Assembly (NCBI GenBank): GCA_039798945.1
Contig: JBDKFA010000352.1
Location: forward strand, 6,262-70,261
Source: Pseudomonadota bacterium
GTDB taxonomy: Bacteria; Pseudomonadota; Gammaproteobacteria; Burkholderiales; Burkholderiaceae_C
Reading direction: 5' to 3'
DNA: 64,000 nucleotides
The position numbers and the translations under genes are program-made. This document shows, one piece after another, positions 46,604-58,728 of the stretch (its first letter is position 1; the number at the start of each line of letters is the position of its first letter). The notes below the pieces were generated by a model, which did not search any database, was not told the origin of the DNA, and saw only the letters and a program-made list of their open reading frames with translations.

Positions 46604-48220
46604 ATGACCCAGCGCCCCGACATCGTCCTGATCCTCAACGACGACATGGGCTTCTCCGACCTCGGCTGCTACGGCGGAGAGGTCATGACGCCGGTGCTCG
46701 ACCGCCTCGCGGCGCAGGGCCTGCGCTTCTCGCAGTTCTACAACACCGCGCGCTGCAGCCCCTCGCGCGCCTCGCTGCTCACCGGGCTGCACCCGCACCA
46801 GACGGGCATCGGCATCCTCACCTACGACTCCGGCCCCGAGGGCTACGCAGGCAACCTCAACCACCGCTGCGTGACCATCGCCCAGGCGCTGAAGGCCGGC
46901 GGCTACCGCACCTACATGAGCGGCAAGTGGCACGTCTCGAGCAACCTGCGCGAGCCCACCGACTCCTGGCCGATGCAGCGCGGCTTCGACGCCTTCTACG
47001 GCACCATCATCGGCGCGGGCAGCTTCTACGATCCCAACACCCTCACTCGCGGCAACACCAACGTCGAGCACGAGGCGCGCGAGCCGGGCTTCTTCTACAC
47101 CGACGCCATCAGCGACCAGGCCGCGGCCTACATCCGCGAGCACCACGCGCAGCACCCCGACCAGCCCTTCTTCGAGTACGTGGCCTACACCGCGCCGCAC
47201 TGGCCGCTGCACGCGCACGACGAGGACATCGCCAAGTACAAGGGCCGCTTCGACGCCGGCTGGGACCAGCTGCGCGAGGAGCGGCTGGACCGGCTCGTGA
47301 AGTCGGGCATGCTGCAGTCGTTCTGGAAGCTCAGCGGGCGCGACCCCTCGCAGCCGCCCTGGACCGAGGCCGAGCAGAAGGGCTGGCTGCTGCGCTGCAT
47401 GGAGGTCTATGCGGCGCAGATCGACCGCATGGACCAGGGCATCGGGCGCATCGTGCAGGCCCTCGAAGAGACGGGCCGGCTCGAGAACACGCTCATCATC
47501 TTCCTGGCCGACAACGGCGCCTGCGCCGAGGACATCCCCGAGGGCGTGTCCATCGAGGAGCTGGTGGACAAGCTGATGATCGCGCGCGAGCACACGCGCA
47601 CCGGGGAGCCCGTGCACATCGGCAACAACCCGTCGATCATGCCCGGCCCGGAGAACACCTACCAGAGCTACGGCACGGCCTGGGCGAACCTGTCGAACAC
47701 GCCGTTTCGCCTGTACAAGCACTGGATCCACGAGGGCGGGATCTCCACGCCGCTGATCATGCATTGGCCGCGCGGCATCACCGAGCGCGGCGCCATCCGC
47801 CACACGCCGGGCTACCTGCCCGACATCATGGCCACGCTGCTGGACGTCACCGGGCTGCCCTACCCCGAGCAGTGGGAAGGCCGCCCGATCGCGCCGCTGG
47901 AGGGGCACTCGCTCAAGCCCGCGCTCCAGGCCGAGCTGCCCGAGCGCCCGCCGATGTTCTGGGAACACGAAGGCAACTGCGCGGTGCGCATCGGCCGCTG
48001 GAAGCTCGTGCGCAAGTACCCGGGGCCGTGGGAGCTGTACGACATGCAGGCCGACCGCACCGAGCTCCACGACCTGGCCGCGCAGCAGCCAGAGCGCGTG
48101 CGCGAGATGGCCGCGCAGTACGAAGCCTGGGCCCAGCGCTGCGGCGTGCTGCCGCGCGACAAGATCGTCGCCCTGATGCGCAGCCAGGGCGTCACGCGTG
48201 CGTTCTGGGAAGACGAGTAG
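46604..48220 (+). CDS. Arylsulfatase (formylglycine-dependent, AtsA-like), no signal peptide
   Basis: ILNDDMG, CSPSR signature, GKWH, YTAPHWPLH, ADNG. Confidence 0.92.
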   Translation: MTQRPDIVLILNDDMGFSDLGCYGGEVMTPVLDRLAAQGLRFSQFYNTARCSPSRASLLTGLHPHQTGIGILTYDSGPEGYAGNLNHRCVTIAQALKAGGYRTYMSGKWHVSSNLREPTDSWPMQRGFDAFYGTIIGAGSFYDPNTLTRGNTNVEHEAREPGFFYTDAISDQAAAYIREHHAQHPDQPFFEYVAYTAPHWPLHAHDEDIAKYKGRFDAGWDQLREERLDRLVKSGMLQSFWKLSGRDPSQPPWTEAEQKGWLLRCMEVYAAQIDRMDQGIGRIVQALEETGRLENTLIIFLADNGACAEDIPEGVSIEELVDKLMIAREHTRTGEPVHIGNNPSIMPGPENTYQSYGTAWANLSNTPFRLYKHWIHEGGISTPLIMHWPRGITERGAIRHTPGYLPDIMATLLDVTGLPYPEQWEGRPIAPLEGHSLKPALQAELPERPPMFWEHEGNCAVRIGRWKLVRKYPGPWELYDMQADRTELHDLAAQQPERVREMAAQYEAWAQRCGVLPRDKIVALMRSQGVTRAFWEDE

Positions 48221-49318
<1,098 letters not shown>

Positions 49319-49344
49319 GTGCTTACTCCCTCAATGAGTCCGAT

Positions 49345-50343
49345 ATGCCCATACCTTCGACCGAGATGAACCGCCGCCGGGCACTGCTCGCCCTCGGAGC
49401 CACCCTGGGGCTGACGAGCCGTGGCGGCCCGGCGTGGGGCACCCCCGGCTTCCCCAGCCGACCCTTGCGCATCGTCGTGCCCTGGGCTCCAGGCGGTCTC
49501 GTGGACACGGGCGGACGGGTGCTGGCCGAGGGACTCGGCAAGGCCTTCGGCACGGGTGCCACGGCCGAGAACGTGCCCGGGGCGGCCGGCACGCTCGGCG
49601 CGGACCAGGTCGCCAAGGCAAGCCCGGACGGCCACACGCTGCTGATGGGCACGAGCTCGATCGCCCTCGACGTGGCCGGCGCGCGCAAGACCGCCTACGA
49701 CCCGCAGAAGGACCTGGCCCCGGTCGCGCTCGTGGCCGACAGCCACTCGGTGATCGTGGTGCCCGCGTCCGCGCCCCACCGCACGCTGCCCGACTTGCTG
49801 GCGGCGGCGCGCGCCCGGCCCGGCGAGCTCAGCTACGGCACGCCGGGGGTCGGCAGCCCCGCACACCTGTTCAGCGAGCTGCTGGCACAAAGCGCGGGCG
49901 TGCAGTTGCTGCACGTGCCCTATGGCCGCAGCCCCGCGATGACCGATCTCATCGGCGGCCGTCTGGCGCTGATGGTGGCCACGATTCCCGTGGCCCTGCC
50001 GCAGATCCGCGGCGGGCAGTTGCGGGCGCTGGCCGTCACCGGGCGCCAGCGCTTCCCGTCGTTGCCGGAAGTGCCCACCGCAGCCGAGGCGGGCCTGGCC
50101 GGCTACGAGGCCGGGCAGTGGCTCGGGGTGTTCGCCCCGTCGGCCACGCCCGCGCCGACCGTGCAGCGCCTGGGCACCGAGATCGCGCGGCTGCTGGCCG
50201 CACCCGCCACCGCACAGACGCTGCTGCAGCGCGGCCTGGAGCCGCGCACTGGCGGTCCGCAGGAGCTCGCCGCGGCGCTGTCGGCCGACATCCGCAAGTG
50301 GGGCCAGGTGATGCGCACCGCACAGATCAAGCTGGAGAGCTGA
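49345..50343 (+). CDS. Tripartite tricarboxylate transporter substrate-binding protein (Bug/TctC), Tat-like signal
   Basis: MNRRRALL; FPSRPLRIVVPWAPGG, ENVPGAAG, PDGHTLL, HVPY, LPEVPT. Confidence 0.9.
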   Translation: MPIPSTEMNRRRALLALGATLGLTSRGGPAWGTPGFPSRPLRIVVPWAPGGLVDTGGRVLAEGLGKAFGTGATAENVPGAAGTLGADQVAKASPDGHTLLMGTSSIALDVAGARKTAYDPQKDLAPVALVADSHSVIVVPASAPHRTLPDLLAAARARPGELSYGTPGVGSPAHLFSELLAQSAGVQLLHVPYGRSPAMTDLIGGRLALMVATIPVALPQIRGGQLRALAVTGRQRFPSLPEVPTAAEAGLAGYEAGQWLGVFAPSATPAPTVQRLGTEIARLLAAPATAQTLLQRGLEPRTGGPQELAAALSADIRKWGQVMRTAQIKLES

Positions 50344-50345
50344 GG

Positions 50346-51977
50346 ATGGGCGAGGGCGAAGCCACACCGGCGCGCGCAGCAGGCGCGCACCCGGCACCGC
50401 GGGGCCGGCCCCACATCGTGCTCGTGATGGCCGACCAGCTCGCGGCACCGTTCCTGCCGATCTACGGCCACCCGGTCGCGCGCACGCCCACCCTGAGCGC
50501 CTTCGCCCAACAGGGTGTCGTCTTCGACGCCGCGTACTGCAACTTCCCGATCTGCGCGCCCTCGCGCGCGTCGATGCTCGCCGGCCGGATGCCGCACGCG
50601 CTGGAGGTGTGGGACAACGCCAGCGAGTTCCGGGCCGAGGTGCCGACGATGGCCCACTACCTGGCGGCGGCGGGCTACCGCACGGTGCTCGCAGGCAAGA
50701 TGCACTTCGTCGGCCCGGACCAGCTGCACGGCTACCACGAGCGCCTCACCACCGACATCTACCCGGCGGAGTTCCTGTGGGTGCCCGACTGGTCCAAAGG
50801 CCCGGGCCACAAGCCCACCGGGGTGGGCATGGGGCACGTGGTGGACGCCGGCCCGAGCCTGCGCAACATGCAGATCGACTACGACGAGGAGGTCGCGCAT
50901 GTGGCCGTGCAGCGCATCTGGGACCTCGCGCGCGCGGACGGCCGCGGCGAGGCCGCGCCGCACTTCCTCACCGTCTCCTTCACCCACCCCCACCCGCCTT
51001 TCGTCGCGCCGCAGGAACACTGGGAGCGCTACGCGGGCGTGGAGATCGACCCGCCCCGCGTGCCGGAGATCCCCTACCCACAGCTCGACCCGCACAGCCA
51101 GTGGCTGTATCTCGCCCACGGGCAGGACCGCCACGTGATCACCGCCGCGCACGTGCGCGAGGCGCGGCGCGCGTACTACGCGATGGCCAGCTACGTGGAC
51201 GAGAAGATCGGCCAGGTGCTGCACGCGCTCGATGCGAGCGGCTTGGGCGAGCGCAGCCTCGTGGTCTTCTGCGCCGACCACGGCGAGATGATGGGCGAGC
51301 GCGGCATGTGGTTCAAGCAAACCTTCTACGAGCCCTCGGTGCGCGTGCCGATGGTTGCCCGCTGGCCAGGGGTGGCGCAGCCCGGCCGCCGTGCGGGCCC
51401 CTGCTCGCTCGTCGACTTGCTGCCCACTTTCCTCGATGCAGCGGCTGCGGGTGAGGGCGGGGTGCGCGTCGAGCCGGTGGACGCCCTGGATGGCCGCAGC
51501 CTGCTGCCGGTGCTGCAGGGCGAGCCCGGCCACGGCGCGGACGTACTGGCGGAGTATTCGTCCGAGGGGGTATGCGCGCCGTCACGGATGCTGCGCCGCG
51601 GGCCCCACAAGCTAGTCAGCACCCTGGGGCTGCCGCCAATGCTGTTCGACCTCGAGCGCGACCCCCTCGAACTGCACGACCTGGCGCGCGAACCGGCATA
51701 CGACGCCTTGCTGCAGACCCTGCAGCAGCGGCTGGTGGCCGACTGGGACGCCCCGTCCATCGACGCACGCATCCGCGCGAGCCAGCGCCGGCGACTCTTC
51801 CTGCGCCAACTCGGGCTGGCCCGCGGCGAGTTCCCGGCCTGGTCCTGGGAGGCACGGCCGGGTGACCGGGCGCGCTTCGTGCGCCCGGCCACGGCCGGTG
51901 GGCCCGTCGGCCCGAAGCCACGCATGCGCTTCCCGTTCGTGCCGCCTACGCCGCCGGACAAAGCGCCAACGGGCTGA
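50346..51977 (+). CDS. Choline-sulfatase-like sulfatase (BetC family)
   Basis: MADQL, CAPSRASM, GKMHFVGPDQLHG, RLTTDIYPA, HPHPPF, GMWFKQ, BetC-like C-terminal extension. Confidence 0.85.
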   Translation: MGEGEATPARAAGAHPAPRGRPHIVLVMADQLAAPFLPIYGHPVARTPTLSAFAQQGVVFDAAYCNFPICAPSRASMLAGRMPHALEVWDNASEFRAEVPTMAHYLAAAGYRTVLAGKMHFVGPDQLHGYHERLTTDIYPAEFLWVPDWSKGPGHKPTGVGMGHVVDAGPSLRNMQIDYDEEVAHVAVQRIWDLARADGRGEAAPHFLTVSFTHPHPPFVAPQEHWERYAGVEIDPPRVPEIPYPQLDPHSQWLYLAHGQDRHVITAAHVREARRAYYAMASYVDEKIGQVLHALDASGLGERSLVVFCADHGEMMGERGMWFKQTFYEPSVRVPMVARWPGVAQPGRRAGPCSLVDLLPTFLDAAAAGEGGVRVEPVDALDGRSLLPVLQGEPGHGADVLAEYSSEGVCAPSRMLRRGPHKLVSTLGLPPMLFDLERDPLELHDLAREPAYDALLQTLQQRLVADWDAPSIDARIRASQRRRLFLRQLGLARGEFPAWSWEARPGDRARFVRPATAGGPVGPKPRMRFPFVPPTPPDKAPTG

Positions 51978-52041
51978 ACCGGCCGCACGGAGTGCCGGCT
52001 GCGGGCCAGCGGCTGCCGGCGCCAGGCCCGTGCGGCGGGCC

Positions 52042-53127
52042 TCAATCCGGCATCAACCGCGCCTGTGTCGCATCGATCCCCACCTTCACCTCGTCGCCCG
52101 GGGCGAACTTGCCCTGGCCGAGCCGGTGCGGCTCGTCCACCGCAAGTGTGAGCCCGCCTGCACGCACCCGGTAGCGCGTGGTCTCGCCGAGAAACTCCGC
52201 CGCCTCTACCACCGCTTCGGCCCAGGCCAGACGCGGGTCGCGCTCCGCCCGGCGGCGCGTGAGCAGCAGTGCGCCGGGGCGCAGCGCCACCGTCACCGGC
52301 CCGCGCGCCAGGCGCCCGGCCGACTCGGGCAGCCGCACCGTGGCCAGGTGCGCAAGCTCCACCGAGACGCTGCCGTCGGCATACAGCCGCGCCTGCCCTG
52401 GTACCAGGTTCATCGTGCCCACGAAACCCGCGACGAAGGCGTTGGCGGGCTCGTCGTAGAGCTGCATCGGCGTGCCCACCTGTTGCACCACGCCCTGGTC
52501 GAGCACGGCCATGCGGTCGGCGGTGGTCATCGCTTCTTCCTGGTCGTGGGTGACGAAGACGGTGGTCACCCCGAGCCGGCGCTGCATCGCGTGCAGCTCC
52601 TGGCGCATCTGCACGCGCAGCGTCTTGTCCAGGTTCGACAGCGGCTCGTCCAGCAGCAGCACCTGCGGCTCGATGACGAGCGTGCGCGCGAGCGCCACGC
52701 GCTGCTGCTGCCCGCCGGAGAGCTGCCCCGGACGGCGCTCGCCGAGCGCCGAGAGCCCGACGAGCTCGAGCGCCGCCCCCACCTTCTGGCGGATCTGTTC
52801 GGCCGGCAGCCGCCGCTCCACGAGGCCGAAGGCGACGTTGTCCCACACCGTCAGATGCGGCCACAGCGCGTAGTTCTGGAACACGAGGCCCACCTCGCGC
52901 TGCCAGGGCTCGAGCGCGCTCAGGTCGCGCCCGTCGACGAGCAGCTCGCCGCGCTGGTGGCGCACGAAGCCCGCGATCAGCCGCAGGAGCGTGCTCTTGC
53001 CCGAGCCCGAGGGGCCGAGCAGCGCGAAGAACTCGCCCGGGGCGATCTCCAGGTTCACGTCCTTGAGCACCTCGGTCGTGCCATACGACAAGCCGATGCC
53101 GCGGCACTGCACGCTCACGCTCTTCAT
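52042..53127 (-). CDS. ABC transporter ATP-binding protein (PotA/FbpC family)
   Basis: GPSGSGKST, FQNYALWPH, LSGGQQQR, DEPLSNLD, TOBE. Confidence 0.92.
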   Translation of the reverse strand: MKSVSVQCRGIGLSYGTTEVLKDVNLEIAPGEFFALLGPSGSGKSTLLRLIAGFVRHQRGELLVDGRDLSALEPWQREVGLVFQNYALWPHLTVWDNVAFGLVERRLPAEQIRQKVGAALELVGLSALGERRPGQLSGGQQQRVALARTLVIEPQVLLLDEPLSNLDKTLRVQMRQELHAMQRRLGVTTVFVTHDQEEAMTTADRMAVLDQGVVQQVGTPMQLYDEPANAFVAGFVGTMNLVPGQARLYADGSVSVELAHLATVRLPESAGRLARGPVTVALRPGALLLTRRRAERDPRLAWAEAVVEAAEFLGETTRYRVRAGGLTLAVDEPHRLGQGKFAPGDEVKVGIDATQARLMPD

Positions 53128-54896
53128 CCGGAGGACCTTTCCGTGGCGAGGCGCCGGTCGGCGCGCTCCACGATGATGTGCGACAGCCACGTGCCAAGCG
53201 CCACCACCACGATGGCCAGCACGCCGAGTGCCGCGCCGGGCCCACGCCCGGCCACGCTTTGCATGTAGAGGTAGATGCCGTAGCTCATCGGCGCCTGCGA
53301 ATCGGCCGACACCAGCAGGATCGTGGCCGAGAGCTCCACCGCCGCGGTGATGAAGCTCGTGACGAAGCCCGCGAGGATGCCGCCGGCCATCAGCGGCACC
53401 ACCACGCGGCGGATCGTGCGCGCGCGCGTGGCGCCCACGCTCTGCGCGGCCTCCTCCAGCGAGACGTGCAGCTGCTGCAGCGCGGCCACGCAGGCGCGCA
53501 GCGCATAGGGCAGCCGCCGCACCGCGTAGGCGAGCATGATCATCACCCACGTGCTCGTGAGCAGCACCTCGGTGCCCGGCAGCGTCACGCCCTGGTACAG
53601 CCGCAGGTAGCCGATGGCGAGCACGAGGCCCGGCACGGCCAGCGAGGCGGTGGCGATGCCGTCGAGCCAGCGGCGCGCGGGCAGCCGCGTGCGCAGGATC
53701 AGGTAGGCCACCGTCACCCCGATCACCACGTCCAGCAGCGCGGCCAGGCCGCAGTAGACGAGCGTGTTGCGGATCATGCCGCCGGAGTCGGCGAAGACGG
53801 TCGCGTAGTGCGCGAGCGTGTAGGCATCGGGCAGCGGCGAGAAGCTCCAGACCTTCGCCACCGACAGCAGCAGCACGCCCAGGTGCGGCGACAGCGTGAC
53901 CAGCAGCAGCAGCCCGATCCACACCCAGGCGAGCGCACCGGCCAGCGGCGAGAGGGTGCGCCGCTGAAGCCCGCCCGAGCCCTTCTGGGCACTCGCGTAG
54001 TCGCGCCCCTTGAGCAGCCACGCCGACAGCCCCATCGCCGCGATCGACAGCGCGATCATGATCACGCTGATCACGTAGCCGAGCGGGTCCTCGAGCCCGA
54101 CCTGGGTGATGCGCAGGTAGGCCTGCGGCGCAAGCAGGTTGGTCTGCCCCATCACGAGCGGCGTGCCGAGGTCGTCGAAGACCTTCACGAACACGAGCGA
54201 GGCGCCGGCCACGAAGCCGGGCAGCGCCAGCGGGAACACGACGCGCCGGAAGAGCCGCCAGCCCCGGCAGCCCAGGTTCAGCGCCGCCTCCTCCATCGCC
54301 GCATCGATGTTGCGCAGCGCCACCGTGAGGTTCATCAGGATGAACGGGAAGTAGTGGATCGCCTGCACGAAGACGAGCCCACCGAGCCCCTCCATGATCG
54401 GCAGCGTGACGCCGAAGTGCTCGCCCAGCAGCAGGTTCACCGTGCCCGAGCGGCCGAAGACGAGCTGCAGCGCCACCGCGCCGACGAAGGGCGGCATGAT
54501 CAGCGGCAGCACCCCGAGCGTCTGGATCACGAGCGCGCCGCGAAAGCGAAAGCGCACCGTGAAGTACGCCAGCGGCACCGCGATCAGCGACGCCCAGACG
54601 GTGGACATCACCGCCACGTACAGGCTGTTGAAGAAGGCCTCGCGCATCAGCCCGATGCCGAAGAAGGCCCCGAAGTGGCCCAGCGTCAGGCTGCCATCGG
54701 CATTGGCGAAGGCGGCGTGGAACACGCGCGCCACGGGCAGCACCAGGAAGAGCAGCAGGAAGGCGAGCACCAGGCCCGCGGCCACCCAGGCACCGGCGGG
54801 CACGCGCTCGCGCGGCACCGCCGCGCGCAGGCCCGAGAGCATGGCGAGGGCGGCGCGGCCGGCGGCCGTGGCCGCGCCGAGGTTCGGGCGGTTCAT
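53124..54896 (-). CDS. ABC transporter double permease (FbpB/AfuB family)
   Basis: Two EAA loops (MEEAALNLG, LEEAAQSVG), about 12 TM. Confidence 0.9.
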   Translation of the reverse strand: MNRPNLGAATAAGRAALAMLSGLRAAVPRERVPAGAWVAAGLVLAFLLLFLVLPVARVFHAAFANADGSLTLGHFGAFFGIGLMREAFFNSLYVAVMSTVWASLIAVPLAYFTVRFRFRGALVIQTLGVLPLIMPPFVGAVALQLVFGRSGTVNLLLGEHFGVTLPIMEGLGGLVFVQAIHYFPFILMNLTVALRNIDAAMEEAALNLGCRGWRLFRRVVFPLALPGFVAGASLVFVKVFDDLGTPLVMGQTNLLAPQAYLRITQVGLEDPLGYVISVIMIALSIAAMGLSAWLLKGRDYASAQKGSGGLQRRTLSPLAGALAWVWIGLLLLVTLSPHLGVLLLSVAKVWSFSPLPDAYTLAHYATVFADSGGMIRNTLVYCGLAALLDVVIGVTVAYLILRTRLPARRWLDGIATASLAVPGLVLAIGYLRLYQGVTLPGTEVLLTSTWVMIMLAYAVRRLPYALRACVAALQQLHVSLEEAAQSVGATRARTIRRVVVPLMAGGILAGFVTSFITAAVELSATILLVSADSQAPMSYGIYLYMQSVAGRGPGAALGVLAIVVVALGTWLSHIIVERADRRLATERSSG

Positions 54897-54916
54897 CCGC
54901 GTTCGTTCGACTCAGC

Positions 54917-56266
54917 TCAGCGCACGAGCGCCAGGGCCTGCTCGGCCAGCGCGCGCGCCTTCGCGTAGTTCTCGCGTGCGCTCGCGTTCCAGCGGTCTTC
55001 CAGGCCCGTGACCTGCTTGTTCACGGCCGCGTCCTTCTTGTTGGCCGAAAAGAGGGCCTGGAAGTCCTTGTCGCCCGCCATGCGCGGGCCGACCACCGGC
55101 GAGTAGGCCGTCTCGCGCGCCTGCTTGAGCAGCGCCGCCGCCTGGGCGTTGGGCTTCTTCGCGAGCGCCGCGTCCGCCTCGTGGATCGCCTTGGTGGCGG
55201 CTTGAAGCTCCTTCAGGCGAAAGGTGATGGTCTGGTCGAACATCGCCGAGACGATGTTGTAGCGCGCCTCCGACAGGTCCGAGTCGAACTGCACCTTCGC
55301 GCGCTTGGCGATCTCGAAGGGGTTCGGGTAGCCCGCGGGCGTCTTGCCGCCCATGGCTTCAGGCGGCAGGATCGGCAGGCGCGAGATCTTCGGGTCGTAC
55401 AGCAGCTGCTGGCCTTCCAGCGACACCGTCCAGGCGATGAAGCGGCGCGCCTCGGCGGCGTTCTTCGCGCCGGATACGAGCGCGATGTTGGCCGGCACCA
55501 CGGCCGTCACGTCCGGGTAGACGAACTCCACCGGGAAGCCCGAGTACTTGCCCGCCAGGCCGAAGAAGTCGATCACGAGGCCGATGCCGAACTGCCCGTT
55601 GTTCACGCCGTCGGGCACGCCGAAGCTGCGCTCGGTGATGGCCGCGCAGTTGCCCGCGATCTGCAGCAGCTGCGACCAGCCCTTGTCCCAGCCCTCGCCC
55701 TGCAGCAGCGTCTCCACCGTCAGGTGCGTGGTGCCCGAGCGCGAGGGCGAGCTCATCGCCAGGTGCCCGAAGTACACGGGCTTGACGAGCTCGGCCCACT
55801 GCCGCGCCACCGGCAGCTTGTTGGCCGCCATGTAGCGCGTGTTGTACATGAGCCCGTAGCCGGCCAGCGCCTGCCCCAGGTACAGGCCCTGGGGGTTGTT
55901 GATCGGGTAGGCCCCCACCTTGGCCGGGGCGGCCTTGTTGGCCAGCTCGGCCACGTTGTCCAGCAGCTTCTGCCCGGCCAGCACCTCGAAGGCATCGGGG
56001 GCGCTCGCCCAGAACACGTCCGGGCGCTGGCCGGCGGGCAGCTCGCGGATATAGGCCATGCCCTGCACCGTGTTCTTGTTCAGGATCTCGATGCGGATGC
56101 CCGGGTTCGCACGCTCGAAGGCGCTCTTGTAGGCCTGCGTGAGCTCCTTCGGAAAGGAGGTGACGACGGTGACGGTGCCGGCGCGCGCATCGACGGGGGT
56201 GAGCACGGCGCAGACCGGCGCGGCCAGCAGCAGCGCGCCCAGCAGCTTGGAAAGCGTCTTCTTCAT
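54917..56266 (-). CDS. ABC substrate-binding protein, AfuA/PgtC-like
   Basis: Signal peptide; VTSFPKEL, PDVFWASAPD, SSPSRSGTTH, GLVIDFF. Confidence 0.8.
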   Translation of the reverse strand: MKKTLSKLLGALLLAAPVCAVLTPVDARAGTVTVVTSFPKELTQAYKSAFERANPGIRIEILNKNTVQGMAYIRELPAGQRPDVFWASAPDAFEVLAGQKLLDNVAELANKAAPAKVGAYPINNPQGLYLGQALAGYGLMYNTRYMAANKLPVARQWAELVKPVYFGHLAMSSPSRSGTTHLTVETLLQGEGWDKGWSQLLQIAGNCAAITERSFGVPDGVNNGQFGIGLVIDFFGLAGKYSGFPVEFVYPDVTAVVPANIALVSGAKNAAEARRFIAWTVSLEGQQLLYDPKISRLPILPPEAMGGKTPAGYPNPFEIAKRAKVQFDSDLSEARYNIVSAMFDQTITFRLKELQAATKAIHEADAALAKKPNAQAAALLKQARETAYSPVVGPRMAGDKDFQALFSANKKDAAVNKQVTGLEDRWNASARENYAKARALAEQALALVR

Positions 56267-56370
56267 GGTGGCGAGGTTCCCTGGGTTGGCAACCTCGCAC
56301 CATAACCGGGCCAGCGGCCCGGCGGTATCGGGAAGTACTCCCGGAGCACTCCCTGACGAAGGCCCGCGGC

Positions 56371-58566
56371 TCAGCGCGCCGCTGCCTTCACCTTCAGGCG
56401 CCACGCGTGCAGCAGCGGCTCGGTGTAGCCGCTGGGCTGCGCCAGGCCCTTGAAGACGAGGTCGCTGGCGGCCTGGAAGGCCGCCGATTCCTCGAAGCGC
56501 CCGGCCATCGGCCGGTAGGCTGCATCGCCCGCGTTCTGGCGGTCGACCACCTTGGCCATGCGCTTGAGCGTGGCGCGCACCTGCTGCTTCGTGACCACAC
56601 CGTGGTGCAGCCAGTTGGCCATGTGCTGGCTCGAGATGCGCAGCGTGGCGCGGTCTTCCATCAACCCGACGTTGTGGATGTCGGGCACCTTCGAGCAGCC
56701 CACGCCCTGGTCGACCCAGCGCACCACGTAGCCGAGGATGCCCTGGGCGTTGTTGTCCAGTTCCTGCTGGATCTCCTGGGCCGTCCACTTCGGAGTCTTC
56801 ACCACTGGCACCGTCAGCAGCCCCGTGAGCAGCGCCTCGCGCTGCGCATCCACGTCCACGCGCTCGAGCTCGCGCTGGACCTGGGCCACCTCCACCTGGT
56901 GGTAGTGCAGCGCATGCAGCGTGGCCGCCGTCGGGCTGGGCACCCAGGCAGTGTTGGCGCCGGCGCGCGGGTGCGCGATCTTCTGCTGCAGCATCGCGGC
57001 CATCAGGTCGGGCATCGCCCACATGCCCTTGCCGATCTGGGCGCGGCCGCGCAGGCCGCACTCCAGGCCCACGAGCACGTTGCTGCGCTCATACGCCGCG
57101 ATCCACTCGCTCGTCTTCATGTCGCCCTTGCGGCGCATCGGCCCGGCGTGCATCGCGGTGTGCATCTCGTCGCCGGTGCGGTCGAGGAAGCCCGTGTTGA
57201 TGAAGGCCACGCGGCTCGCGGCGGCGGCGATGCACGCCTTCAGGTTCACCGAGGTGCGGCGCTCCTCGTCCATGATCCCGAGCTTGACGGTGCTCGCCGG
57301 CAGGCCGAGAAGCTTTTCCACGCGCGCGAACAGCTCGGCCGCAAAGGCCACCTCGGCCGGGCCGTGCATCTTCGGCTTGACGATGTAGACCGAGCCGCGA
57401 CGCGAGTTGCGGATCGGGGCGTCCGCACCCTTCTTCAGGTCGTGCAGCGCGATCGTGGTCGTGATCACCGCGTCCATGATCCCTTCCGGGATCTCGTGGC
57501 CGTCCTCGCCCCACAGGATCGCCGGGTTCGTCATCAGGTGGCCGACGTTGCGGATGAACAGCAGCGAGCGGCCCGGCAGCACGAGCGGCTGGCCATCGCG
57601 CCCGGTGTAGCGGCGGTCGGCGTTCAGGCCGCGCGTGAAGGTGGTGCCGCCCTTGCTCACCTGCTCGGTGAGGGTGCCCTGCAGCAGCCCGAGCCAGTTG
57701 CCGTAGGCCTGCACCTTGTCCTCGGCGTCCACCACCGCCACCGAATCCTCGAGGTCGAGGATCGTGGTGAGCGCGGCTTCCACGACGAGGTCGCACACGC
57801 CGGCGGCATCGCCCGAGCCAATCGGGGTGCTGCGGTCGATGCGCAGCTCCAGGTGCAGCCCGTGGTGCACGAACAGCACCGCGGACGGCGCCCCGGCATC
57901 GCCCTGGTGGCCGAGGAACTGAGCCGGCTTCTTCAGCCCCGTCTCGCGACCGTCGGCCAGGCGCACGACGAGCGCCCCCTTTTCCACACGGTAGCCGGTG
58001 CTGCCCACATGCGAGCCGCGCGCCAGCGGCACGCAGCGGTCGAGCACGTGGCGCGCGTACTCGATCACCTTCGCACCGCGCCGCGGGTTGTAGCCGCCGC
58101 GTTCGCAGCCGTCGTCCTCGGGCAGCGCATCGGTGCCGTAGAGGGCGTCGTACAGCGACCCCCAGCGCGCGTTGGCTGCGTTCAGCGCGTAGCGCGCGTT
58201 CGTGATCGGCACCACGAGCTGCGGGCCGGCCTGCGCCGCGATCTCGGTGTCCACGTTCTTGGTCGTCACCTTCACCTTCTCCGGCACCGGCACCAGGTAG
58301 CCGATCTTGTGCAGGAAGGCGCGGTAGGACTTCATGGCCCGGATCGGGCCCGGATGCGCGCGGTGCCAGGCGTCGAGCTCGGCTTGCAGTCGGTCGCGTT
58401 CGGCCAGCAAGGCCGCGTTGCGCGGCGCGAGGTCGCGCACGATCTGGGCAAAGCCCTGCCAGAAGGCCTCGGCGGCCATGCCCGTGCCGGGCAGCACGCG
58501 CTGCTCGACGAAGTCCTTCAGCACGGTGGCCACCTGCAGGCCATGGAGGGAAGTGCGCGACGTCAT
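56371..58566 (-). CDS. glcB: Malate synthase G
   Basis: [59 protein letters not shown]. Confidence 0.97.
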   Translation of the reverse strand: MTSRTSLHGLQVATVLKDFVEQRVLPGTGMAAEAFWQGFAQIVRDLAPRNAALLAERDRLQAELDAWHRAHPGPIRAMKSYRAFLHKIGYLVPVPEKVKVTTKNVDTEIAAQAGPQLVVPITNARYALNAANARWGSLYDALYGTDALPEDDGCERGGYNPRRGAKVIEYARHVLDRCVPLARGSHVGSTGYRVEKGALVVRLADGRETGLKKPAQFLGHQGDAGAPSAVLFVHHGLHLELRIDRSTPIGSGDAAGVCDLVVEAALTTILDLEDSVAVVDAEDKVQAYGNWLGLLQGTLTEQVSKGGTTFTRGLNADRRYTGRDGQPLVLPGRSLLFIRNVGHLMTNPAILWGEDGHEIPEGIMDAVITTTIALHDLKKGADAPIRNSRRGSVYIVKPKMHGPAEVAFAAELFARVEKLLGLPASTVKLGIMDEERRTSVNLKACIAAAASRVAFINTGFLDRTGDEMHTAMHAGPMRRKGDMKTSEWIAAYERSNVLVGLECGLRGRAQIGKGMWAMPDLMAAMLQQKIAHPRAGANTAWVPSPTAATLHALHYHQVEVAQVQRELERVDVDAQREALLTGLLTVPVVKTPKWTAQEIQQELDNNAQGILGYVVRWVDQGVGCSKVPDIHNVGLMEDRATLRISSQHMANWLHHGVVTKQQVRATLKRMAKVVDRQNAGDAAYRPMAGRFEESAAFQAASDLVFKGLAQPSGYTEPLLHAWRLKVKAAAR

Positions 58567-58728
58567 GACGGGTTCCTGGGAGCGGGAAAAAGTGGGATGG
58601 AAGGAGGAAAGACTGGCAGACACGTGGTCCAGCGTGCGGGGTTTTATTCGATACCCCGCGATTCAGTAATTCTCCGGGAATTCATTCATTCGTGCAGAAA
58701 ACGCAAAACTCGGGATAATTGTCGCTCG

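Noticed and set aside
50346-51977. Assigning the symbol betC
   Set aside because: Family similarity only; there is no choline/betaine gene context.
58636-58682. LysR binding site in the glcB-LysR intergenic region (AATTC-N5-GAATT)
   Set aside because: The inverted repeat is present, but its symmetry does not give the T-N11-A pattern; too weak to call.
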